Shown here: positions 1 to 11,900 of the stretch, piece after piece
Layout of the letters: every line of letters begins with the position of its first letter
Position numbering within the stretch: position 1 is the first letter of the stretch
Assembly: GCA_964057225.1 (NCBI GenBank)
Contig: OZ059896.1
Coordinates: 22,816,001 to 22,880,000, forward strand
Source of the DNA: Auanema rhodensis
Lineage: Eukaryota > Animalia > Nematoda
Length of the DNA: 64,000 nt
Direction: 5' to 3'
Translations under genes and position numbers: made by a program
The notes under the pieces: generated by a model
What the model was told of the DNA's origin: nothing
The model's database searches: none
What the model saw: only the letters and a program-made list of their open reading frames with translations

Positions 1-176
1 ACTTTGAAATTTACGTGAACTTTAATTTATGCTAATTAAATGTACACGTGATGTGCACTTGGTATGTAACTCGCTTCACGTGAAAAATAAAGAGATGCGC
101 TTTTCAAAATTAGATTCCCCATGTCCATATTAGTCTAAAAACAAATTTTTATTAATATTGGTTCATGGTAACCATG
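1..176 (+). repeat. Representative 176-bp monomer
   Basis: Contains ACGTGA x3 (13-18, 46-51, 78-83), TGTACA (41-46), GTGCAC (53-58), the perfect palindrome TTCACGTGAA (75-84), TAAAAA-CAAA-TTTTTA (136-151) and CATGGT-A-ACCATG (164-176). Confidence 0.98.
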
Positions 177-2599
177 TCTTTGAAATTTACGTGAACTTTA
201 ATTTATGCTAATTAAATGTACACGTGATGTGCACTTGGTATGTAACTCGCTTGAAAGATAAAGAGATGCGGTTTTCAAAATTAGATTCCCCATGTCCATA
301 TTAGTCTAAAAACAAATTTTTATTGATATTGGTTCATGGTAACCATGACTTTGAAATTTACGTGAACTTTAATTTATGCTAATTAAATGTACACGTGATG
401 TGCACTTGGTATGTAACTCGCTTCACGTGAAAGATAAAGAGATGCGGTTTTCAAAATTAGATTCCCCATGTCCATATTAGTCTAAAAACAAATTTTTATT
501 AATATTGGTTCATGGTAACCATGTCTTTGAAATTTACGTGATCTTTAATTTATGCTAATTAAATGTACACGTGATGTGCACTTGGTATGTAACTCGCTTC
601 ACGTGAAAGATAAAGAGATGCGGTTTTCAAAATTAGATTTCCCATGTCCATATTAGTCTAGAAACAAATTTCTATTGATATTGGTTTATGGTAACCATAT
701 CTTTGAAATTTACGTGAACTTTAATTTATGCTAATTAAATGTACACGTGATGTGCACTTGGTATGTAACTCGCTTGAAAGATAAAGAGATGCGGTTTTCA
801 AAATTAGATTCCCCATGTCCATATTAGTCTAAAAACAAATTTTTATTGATATTGGTTCATGGTAACCATGACTTTGAAATTTACGTGAACTTTAATTTAT
901 GCTAATTAAATGTACACGTGATGTGCACTTGGTATGTAACTCGCTTCACGTGAAAGATAAAGAGATGCGGTTTTCAAAATTAGATTCCCCATGTCCATAT
1001 TAGTCTAAAAACAAATTTTTATTGATATTGGTTCATGGTAACCATGACTTTGAAATTTACGTGAACTTTAATTTATGCTAATTAAATGTACACGTGATGT
1101 GCACTTGGTATGTAACTCGCTTCACGTGAAAGATAAAGAGATGCGGTTTTCAAAATTAGATTCCCCATGTCCATATTAGTCTAGAAACAATTTTCTATTG
1201 ATATTGGTTTATGGTAACCATATCTTTGAAATTTACGTGAACTTTAATTTATGCTAATTAAATGTACACGTGATGTGCACTTGGTATGTAACTCGCTTCA
1301 CGTGAAAGATAAAGAGATGCGGTTTTCAAAATTAGATTCCCCATGTCCATATTAGTCTAAAAACAAATTTTTATTGATATTGGTTCATGGTAACCATGTC
1401 TTTGAAATTTACGTGAACTTTAATTTATGCTAATTAAATGTACACGTGATGTGCACTTGGTATGTAACTCGCTTCACGTGAAAGATAAAGAGATGCGGTT
1501 TTCAAAATTAGATTCCCCATGTCCATATTAGTCTAGAAACAAATTTCTATTGATATTGGTTTATGGTAACCATATCTTTGAAATTTACGTGAACTTCAAT
1601 TTATGCTAATTAAATGTACACGTGATGTGCACTTGGTATGTAACTCGCTTCACGTGAAAGATAAAAAGATGCAGTTTTCAAAATTAGATTCCCCATGTCC
1701 ATATTAGTCTAAAAACAAATTTTTATTGATATTGGTTTATGGTAACCATGTCTTTGAAATTTACGTGAACTTTAATTTATGCTAATTAAATGTACACGTG
1801 ATGTGCACTTGGTATGTAACTCGCTTCACGTGAAAAATAAAGAGATGCGGTTTTCAAAAGTAGATTCTCCATGTCCATATTAGTCTAAAAACAAATTTTT
1901 ATTAATATTGGTTCATGGTAACCATGACTTTGAAATTTACGTGAACTTTAATTTATGCTAATTAAATGTACACGTGATGTGCACTTGGTATGTAACTCGC
2001 TTGAAAGATAAAGAGATGCGGTTTTCAAAATTAGATTCCCCATGTCCATATTAGTCTAAAAACAAATTTTTATTGATATTGGTTCATGGTAACCATGACT
2101 TTGAAATTTACGTGAACTTTAATTTATGCTAATTAAATGTACACGTGATGTGCACTTGGTATGTAACTCGCTTCACGTGAAAGATAAAGAGATGCGGTTT
2201 TCAAAATTAGATTCCCCATGTCCATATTAGTCTAAAAACAAATTTTTATTGATATTGGTTCATGGTAACCATGACTTTGAAATTTACGTGAACTTTAATT
2301 TATGCTAATTAAATGTACACGTGATGTGCACTTGGTATGTAACTCGCTTCACGTGAAAGATAAAGAGATGCGGTTTTCAAAATTAGATTCCCCATGTCCA
2401 TATTAGTCTAAAAACAAATTTTTATTGATATTGGTTCATGGTAACCATGACTTTGAAATTTACGTGAACTTTAATTTATGCTAATTAAATGTACACGTGA
2501 TGTGCACTTGGTATGTAACTCGCTTCACGTGAAAGATAAAGAGATGCGGTTTTCAAAATTAGATTCCCCATGTCCATATTAGTCTAAAAACAAATTTTT

Positions 2600-5500
2600 A
2601 TTAATATTGGTTCATGGTAACCATGTCTTTGAAATTTACGTGAACTTTAATTTATGCTAATTAAATGTACACGTGATGTGCACTTGGTATGTAACTCGCT
2701 TCACGTGAAAGATAAAGAGATGCGGTTTTCAAAATTAGATTCCCCATGTCCATATTAGTCTAAAAACAAATTTTTATTGATATTGGTTCATGGTAACCAT
2801 GACTTTGAAATTTACGTGAACTTTAATTTATGCTAATTAAATGTACACGTGATGTGCACTTGGTATGTAACTCGCTTCACGTGAAAGATAAAGAGATGCG
2901 GTTTTTAAAATTAGATTCCCCATGTCCATATTAGTCTAAAAACAAATTTTTATTAATATTGGTTCATGGTAACCATGTCTTTGAAATTTACGTGAACTTT
3001 AATTTATGCTAATTAAATGTACACGTGATGTGCTCTTGGTATGTAACTCGCTTCACGTGAAAGATAAAGAGATGCGGTTTTCAAAATTAGATTCCCCATG
3101 TCCATTTTAGTCTAAAAACAAATTTTTATTGATATTGGTTTATGGTAACCATATCTTTGAAATTTACGTGAACTTTAATTTATGCTAATTAAATGTACAC
3201 GTGATGTGCACTTGGTATGTAACTCGCTTCACGTGAAAGATAAAGAGATGCGGTTTTCAAAATTAGATTCCCCATGTCCATATTAGTCTAAAAACAAATT
3301 TTTATTGATATTGGTTCATGGTAACCATGTTTTTGAAATTTACGTGAACTTTAATTTATGCTAATTAAATGTACACGTGATGTGCACTTGGTATGTAACT
3401 CGCTTCACGTGAAAAATAAAGAGATGCGGTTTTCAAAATTAGATTCCCCATGTCCATATTAGTCTAAAAACAAATTTTTATTGATATTGGTTCATGGTAA
3501 CCATGACTTTGAAATTTACGTGAACTTTAATTTATGCTAATTAAATGTACACGTGATGTGCACTTGGTATGTAACTCGCTTCACGTGAAAGATAAAGAGA
3601 TGCGGTTTTCAAAATTAGATTCCCCATGTCCATATTAGTCTAAAAACAAATTTCTATTGATATTGGTTTATGGTAACCATGTCTTTGAAATTTACGTGAA
3701 CTTTAATTTATGCTAATTAAATGTACACGTGATGTGCACTTGGTATGTAACTCGCTTCACGTGAAAAATAAAAAGATGCGGTTTTCAAAATTAGATTCCC
3801 CATGTCCATATTAGTCTAAAAACAAATTTTTATTAATATTGGTTCATGGTAACCATGTCTTTGAAATTTACGTGAACTTTAATTTATGCTAATTAAATGT
3901 ACACGTGATGTGCACTTGGTATGTAACTCGCTTCACGTGAAAGATAAAAAGATGCAGTTTTCAAAATTAGATTCCCCATGTCCATATTAGTCTAAAAACA
4001 AATTTTTATTGATATTGGTTCATGGTAACCATGTCTTTGAAATTTACGTGAACTTTAATTTATGCTAATTAAATCTACACGTGATGTGCACTTTGTATGT
4101 AACTCGCTTCACGTGAAAAATAAAGAGATGCGGTTTCCAAAATTAGATTCCCCATGTCCATATTAGTCTAAAAACAAATTTTTATTAATATTGGTTCATG
4201 GTAACCATGACTTTGAAATTTACGTGAACTTTAATTTATGCTAATTAAATGTACACGTGATGTGCACTTGGTATGTAACTCGCTTCACGTGAAAGATAAA
4301 AAGATGCAGTTTTCAAAATTAGATTCCCCATGTCCATATTAGTCTAAAAACAAATTTTTATTGATATTGGTTCATGGTAACCATGACTTTGAAATTTACG
4401 TGAACTTTAATTTATGCTAATTAAATGTACACGTGATGTGCACTTGGTATGTAACTCGCTTCACGTGAAAGATAAAGAGATGCGGTTTTCAAAATTAGAT
4501 TCCCCATGTCCATATTAGTCTAAAAACAAATTTCTATTGATATTGGTTTATGGTAACCATGACTTTGAAATTCACGTGAACTTCAATTTATGCTAATTAA
4601 ATGTACACGTGATGTGCACTTGGTATGAAACTCGCTTCCCGTGAAAGATAAAGAGATGCGGTTTTCAAAATTAGATTCCCCAAGTCCATATTAGTCTAAA
4701 AACAATATTTTATTGATATTGGTGCATGGTAACCATGTCTTTGAAATTTACGTGAACTTTAATTTATGCTAATTAAATGTACACGTGATGTGCACTTGGT
4801 ATGTAACTCGCTTCACGTGAAAAATAAAGAGATGCGGTTTTCAAAATTAGATTCCCCATGTCCATATTAGTCTAAAAACAAATTTTTATTAATATTGGTT
4901 CATGGTAACCATGTCTTTGAAATTTACGTGAACTTTAATTTATGCTAATTAAATGTACACGTGATGTGCACTTGGTATGTAACTCGCTTCACGTAAAAGA
5001 TGAAGAGATGCGGTTTTCAAAATTAGATTCCCCATTTCCATATTAGTTTAAAAACAAATTTTTATTGATATTGGTTCATGGTAACCATGACTTTGAAATT
5101 TACGTGAACTTTAATTTATGCTAATTAAATCTACACGTGATGTGCACTTGGTATGTAACTCGCTTCACGTGAAAAATAAAGAGATGCGGTTTTCAAAATT
5201 AGATTCCCCATGTCCATATTAGTCTAAAAACAAATTTTTATTGATATTGGTTCATGTAACCATGACTTTGAAATTTACGTGAACTTTAATTTATGCTAAT
5301 TAAATCTACACGTGATGTGCACTTGGTATGTAACTCGCTTCACGTGAAAAATAAAGAGATGCGGTTTTCAAAATTAGATTCCCCATGTCCATATTAGTCT
5401 AAAAACAAATTTTTATTGATATTGGTTCATGGTAACCATGACTTTGAAATTTACGTGAACTTTAATTTATGCTAATTAAATGTACACGTGATGTGCACTT

Positions 5501-8500
5501 GGTATGTAACTCGCTTCACGTGAAAGATAAAGAGATGCGGTTTTCAAAATTAGATTCCCCATGTCCATATTAGTCTAAAAACAAATTTTTATTGATATTG
5601 GTTCATGGTAACCATGACTTTGAAATTTACGTGAACTTTAATTTATGCTAATTAAATGTACACGTGATGTGCACTTGGTATGTAACTCGCTTCACGTGAA
5701 AGATAAAGAGATGCGGTTTTCGAAATTAGATTCCCCATGTCCATATTAGTCTAAAAACAAATTTTTATTAATATTGGTTCATGGTAACCATGTCTTTGAA
5801 ATTTACGTGAACTTTAATTTATGCTAATTAAATGTACACGTGATGTGCACTTGGTATGTAACTCGCTTCACGTGAAAGATAAAGAGATGCGGTTTTCAAA
5901 ATTAGATTCCCCATGTCCATATTAGTCTAAAAACAAATTTTTATTGATATTGGTTCATGGTAACCGTGACTTTGAAATTTACGTGAACTTTAATTTATGC
6001 TAATTAAATGTACACGTGATGTGCACTTGGTATGTAACTCGCTTCACGTGAAAGATAAAGAGATGCGGTTTTTAAAATTAGATTCCCCATGTCCATATTA
6101 GTCTAAAAACAAATTTTTATTAATATTGGTTCATGGTAACCATGTCTTTGAAATTTACGTGAACTTTAATTTATGCTAATTAAATGTACACGTGATGTGC
6201 TCTTGGTATGTAACTCGCTTCACGTGAAAGATAAAGAGATGCGGTTTTCAAAATTAGATTCCCCATGTCCATTTTAGTCTAAAAACAAATTTTTATTGAT
6301 ATTGGTTTATGGTAACCATATCTTTGAAATTTACGTGAATTTTAATTTATGCTAATTAAATGTACACGTGATGTGCACTTGGTATGTAACTCGCTTCACG
6401 TGAAAGATAAAGAGATGCGGTTTTCAAAATTAGATTCCCCATGTCCATATTAGTCTAAAAACAAATTTTTATTGATATTGGTTCATGGTAACCATGTTTT
6501 TGAAATTTACGTGAACTTTAATTTATGCTAATTAAATGTACACGTGATGTGCACTTGGTATGTAACTCGCTTCACGTGAAAAATAAAGAGATGCGGTTTT
6601 CAAAATTAGATTCCCCATGTCCATATTAGTCTAAAAACAAATTTTTATTGATATTGGTTCATGGTAACCATGACTTTGAAATTTACGTGAACTTTAATTT
6701 ATGCTAATTAAATGTACACGTGATGTGCACTTGGTATGTAACTCGCTTCACGTGAAAGATAAAGAGATGCGGTTTTCAAAATTAGATTCCCCATGTCCAT
6801 ATTAGTCTAAAAACAAATTTCTATTGATATTGGTTTATGGTAACCATGTCTTTGAAATTTACGTGAACTTTAATTTATGCTAATTAAATGTACACGTGAT
6901 GTGCACTTGGTATGTAACTCGCTTCACGTGAAAAATAAAAAGATGCGGTTTTCAAAATTAGATTCCCCATGTCCATATTAGTCTAAAAACAAATTTTTAT
7001 TAATATTGGTTCATGGTAACCATGTCTTTGAAATTTACGTGAACTTTAATTTATGCTAATTAAATGTACACGTGATGTGCACTTGGTATGTAACTCGCTT
7101 CACGTAAAAGATAAAAAGATGCAGTTTTCAAAATTAGATTCCCCATGTCCATATTAGTCTAAAAACAAATTTTTATTGATATTGGTTCATGGTAACCATG
7201 TCTTTGAAATTTACGTGAACTTTAATTTATGCTAATTAAATCTACACGTGATGTGCACTTGGTATGTAACTCGCTTCACGTGAAAAATAAAGAGATGCGG
7301 TTTCCAAAATTAGATTCCCCATGTCCATATTAGTCTAAAAACACATTTTTATTGATATTGGTTCATGGTAACCATGACTTTGAAATTTACGTGAACTTTA
7401 ATTTATGCTAATTAAATGTACACGTGATGTGCACTTGGTATGTAACTCGCTTCACGTGAAAGATAAAGAGATGCGGTTTTCAAAATTAGATTCCCCATGT
7501 CCATATTAGTCTAAAAACAAATTTCTATTGATATTGGTTTATGGTAACCATGTCTTTGAAATTTACGTGAACTTTAATTTATGCTAATTAAATGTACACG
7601 TGATGTGCACTTGGTATGTAACTCGCTTCACGTGAAAAATAAAAAGATGCGGTTTTCAAAATTAGATTCCCCATGTCCATATTAGTCTAAAAACAAATTT
7701 TTATTAATATTGGTTCATGGTAACCATGTCTTTGAAATTTACGTGAACTTTAATTTATGCTAATTAAATGTACACGTGATGTGCACTTGGTATGTAACTC
7801 GCTTCACGTAAAAGATAAAAAGATGCAGTTTTCAAAATTAGATTCCCCATGTCCATATTAGTCTAAAAACAAATTTTTATTGATATTGGTTCATGGTAAC
7901 CATGTCTTTGAAATTTACGTGAACTTTAATTTATGCTAATTAAATCTACACGTGATGTGCACTTGGTATGTAACTCGCTTCACGTGAAAAATAAAGAGAT
8001 GCGGTTTCCAAAATTAGATTCCCCATGTCCATATTAGTCTAAAAACAAATTTTTATTAATATTGGTTCATGGTAACCATGACTTTGAAATTTACGTGAAC
8101 TTTAATTTATGCTAATTAAATGTACACGTGATGTGCACTTGGTATGTAACTCGCTTCACGTGAAAGATAAAAAGATGCAGTTTTCAAAATTAGATTCCCC
8201 ATGTCCATATTAGTCTAAAAACAAATTTTTATTGATATTGGTTCATGGTAACCATGACTTTGAAATTTACGTGAACTTTAATTTATGCTAATTAAATGTA
8301 CACGTGATGTGCACTTGGTATGTAACTCGCTTCACGTGAAAGATAAAGAGATGCGGTTTTCAAAATTAGATTCCCCATGTCCATATTAGTCTAAAAACAA
8401 ATTTCTATTGATATTGGTTTATGGTAACCATGACTTTGAAATTCACGTGAACTTCAATTTATGCTAATTAAATGTACACGTGATGTGCACTTGGTATGAA

Positions 8501-8950
8501 ACTCGCTTCCCGTGAAAGATAAAGAGATGCGGTTTTCAAAATTAGATTCCCCAAGTCCATATTAGTCTAAAAACAATATTTTATTGATATTGGTGCATGG
8601 TAACCATGTCTTTGAAATTTACGTGAACTTTAATTTATGCTAATTAAATGTACACGTGATGTGCACTTGGTATGTAACTCGCTTCACGTGAAAAATAAAG
8701 AGATGCGGTTTTCAAAATTAGATTCCCCATGTCCATATTAGTCTAAAAACAAATTTTTATTAATATTGGTTCATGGTAACCATGTCTTTGAAATTTACGT
8801 GAACTTTAATTTATGCTAATTAAATGTACACGTGATGTGCACTTGGTATGTAACTCGCTTCACGTAAAAGATGAAGAGATGCGGTTTTCAAAATTAGATT
8901 CCCCATGTCCATATTAGTTTAAAAACAAATTTTTATTGATATTGGTTCAT
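2600..8950. repeat. Block duplication (offset 18 monomers) with a nested 4-monomer duplication in the second copy
   Basis: GTGCTC 3034/6201 (+3167 = 18x176-1). CACGTAAAAG 7106/7810 (+704 = 4x176). Divergent monomer at 4562/8433 (+3871 = 22x176-1). Boundaries are approximate. Confidence 0.82.
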
Positions 8951-11900
8951 GGTAACCATGTCTTTGAAATTTACGTGAACTTTAATTTATGCTAATTAAA
9001 TGTACACGTGATGTGCACTCGGTATGTAACTCGCTTCACGTGAAAAATAAAGAGATGCGGTTTTCAAAATTAGATTCCCCATGTCCATATTAGTCTAAAA
9101 ACAAATTTTTATTAATATTGGTTCATGGTAACCATGTCTTTGAAATTTACGTGAACTTTAATTTATGCTAATTAAATGTACACGTGATGTGCACTTGGTA
9201 TGTAACTCGCTTCACGTGAAAGATAAAGAGATGCGGTTTTCAAAATTAGATTCCCCATGTCCATATTAGTCTAAAAACAAATTTCTATTGATATTGGTTT
9301 ATGGTAACCATGTCTTTGAAATTTACGTGAACTTTAATTTATGCTAATTAAATGTACACGTGATGTGCACTTGGTATGTAACTCGCTTCACGTGAAAAAT
9401 AAAGAGATGCGGTTTTCAAAATTAGATTCCCCATGTCCATATTAGTCTAAAAACAATTTTTTATTAATATTGGTTCATGGTAACCATGTCTTTGAAATTT
9501 ACGTGAACTTTAATTTATGCTAATTAAATGTACACGTGATGTGCACTTGGTATGTAACTCGCTTCACGTGAAAGATGAAGAGATGCGGTTTTCAAAATTA
9601 GATTCCCCATGTCCATATTAGTTTAAAAACAAATTTTTATTGATATTGGTTCATGGTAACCATGACTTTGAAATTTACGTGAACTTTAATTTATGCTAAT
9701 TAAATGTACACGTGATGTGCACTTGGTATGTAACTCGCTTCACGTGAAAGATAAAGAGATGCGGTTTTCAAAATTAGATTCCCCATGTCCATATTAGTCT
9801 AAAAACAAATTTTTATTGATATTGGTTCATGGTAACCATGACTTTGAAATTTACGTGAACTTTAATTTATGCTAATTAAATGTACACGTGATGTGCACTT
9901 GGTATGTAACTCGCTTCACGTGAAAGATAAAGAGATGCGGTTTTCAAAATTAGATTCCCCATGTCCATATTAGTCTAAAAACAAATTTTTATTGATATTG
10001 GTGCATGGTAACCATGACTTTGAAATTTACGTGAACTTTAATTTATGCTAATTAAATGTACACGTGATGTGCACTCGGTATGTAACTCGCTTCACGTGAA
10101 AAATAAAGAGATGCGGTTTTCAAAATTAGATTCCCCATGTCCATATTAGTCTAAAAACAAATTTTTATTGATATTGGTGCATGGTAACCATGACTTTGAA
10201 ATTTACGTGAACTTTAATTTATGCTAATTAAATGTACACGTGATGTGCACTCGGTATGTAACTCGCTTCACGTGAAAAATAAAGAGATGCGGTTTTCAAA
10301 ATTAGATTCCCCATGTCCATATTAGTCTAAAAACAAATTTTTATTAATATTGGTTCATGGTAACCATGTCTTTGAAATTTACGTGAACTTTAATTTATGC
10401 TAATTAAATGTACACGTGATGTGCACTTGGTATGTAACTCGCTTCACGTGAAAGATGAAGAGATGCGGTTTTCAAAATTAGATTCCCCATGTCCATATTA
10501 GTTTAAAAACAAATTTTTATTGATATTGGTTCATGGTAACCATGACTTTGAAATTCACGTGAACTTTAATTTATGCTAATTAAATGTACACGTGATGTGC
10601 ACTTGGTATGTAACTCGCTTCACGTGAAAGATAAAGAGATGCGGTTTTCAAAATTAGATTTCCCATGTCCATATTAGTCTAAAAACAAATTTCTATTGAT
10701 ATTGGTTCATGGTAACCATGACTTTGAAATTTACGTGAACTTTAATTTATGCTAATTAAATGTACACGTGATGTGCACTTGGTATGTAACTCGCTTCACG
10801 TGTAAGATAAAGAGATGCGGTTTTCAAAATTAGATTCCTCATGTCCATATTAGTCTAAAAACAAATTTTTATTGATATTGGTTCATGGTAACCATGACTT
10901 TGAAATTTACGTGAACTTTAATTTATGCTAATTAAATGTACACGTGATGTGCACTTGGTATGTAACTCGCTTCACGTGAAAGATAAAGAGATGCGGTCTT
11001 CAAAATTAGATTCCCCATGTCCATATTAGTCTAAAAACAAATTTCTATCGATATTGGTTTATGGTAACCATGTCTTTGAAATTTACGTGAACTTTAATTT
11101 ATGCTGATTAAATGTACACGTGATGTGCACTTGGTATGTAACTCGCTTCACGTGAAAAATAAAGAGATGCGGTTTTCAAAATTAGATTCCCCATGTCCAT
11201 ATTAGTCTAAAAACAAATTTTTATTAATATTGGTTCATGGTAACCATGTCTTTGAAATTTACGTGAACTTTAATTTATGCTAATTAAATGTACACGTGAT
11301 GTGCACTTGGTATGTAACTCGCTTCACGTGAAAGATAAAAAGATGCAGTTTTCAAAATTAGATTCCCCATGTCCATATTAGTCTAAAAACAAATTTTTAT
11401 TGATATTGGTTCATGGTAACCATGTCTTTGAAATTTACGTGAACTTTAATTTATGCTAATTAAATCTACACGTGATGTGCACTTGGTATGTAACTCGCTT
11501 CACGTGAAAAATAAAGAGATGCGGTTTTCAAAATTAGATTCCCCATGTCCATATTAGTCTAAAAACAAATTTTTATTAATATTGGTTCATGGTAACCATG
11601 ACTTTGAAATTTACGTGAACTTTAATTTATGCTAATTAAATGTACACGTGATGTGCACTTGGTGTGTAACTCGCTTCACGTGAAAGATAAAGAAATGCGG
11701 TTTTCAAAATTAGATTCCCCATGTCCATATTAGTCTAAAAACAAATTTTTATTGATATTGGTTCATGGTAACCATGACTTTGAAATTTACGTGAACTTTA
11801 ATTTATGCTAATTAAATCTACACGTGATGTGCACTTGGTATGTAACTCGCTTCACGTGAAAAATAAAGAGATGCGGTTTTCAAAATTAGATTCCCCATGT

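Noticed and set aside
1-176. Identity with Brassica CentBr (176 bp), honeybee AluI (176 bp), Arabidopsis CEN178 or alpha satellite
   Set aside because: Only the length is similar. The consensus has no AGCT or AAGCTT site and no resemblance to those sequences as I recall them; a BLAST search is needed to be definitive.
1-176. CENP-B box
   Set aside because: No TTCG....A..CGGG core on either strand.
1-176. 5S rRNA, tRNA or snRNA tandem gene unit
   Set aside because: No recognisable RNA gene sequence, cloverleaf or Pol III boxes.
1-176. Strict 10-bp A-tract phasing (curved DNA)
   Set aside because: A/T tracts are present but irregularly spaced by eye, with a gap across 41-82. Not supportable without a curvature calculation.
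1660-1680. G92A + G99A linked pair as a compensatory change
   Set aside because: Both are G>A and not at complementary positions; simple haplotype linkage explains it.
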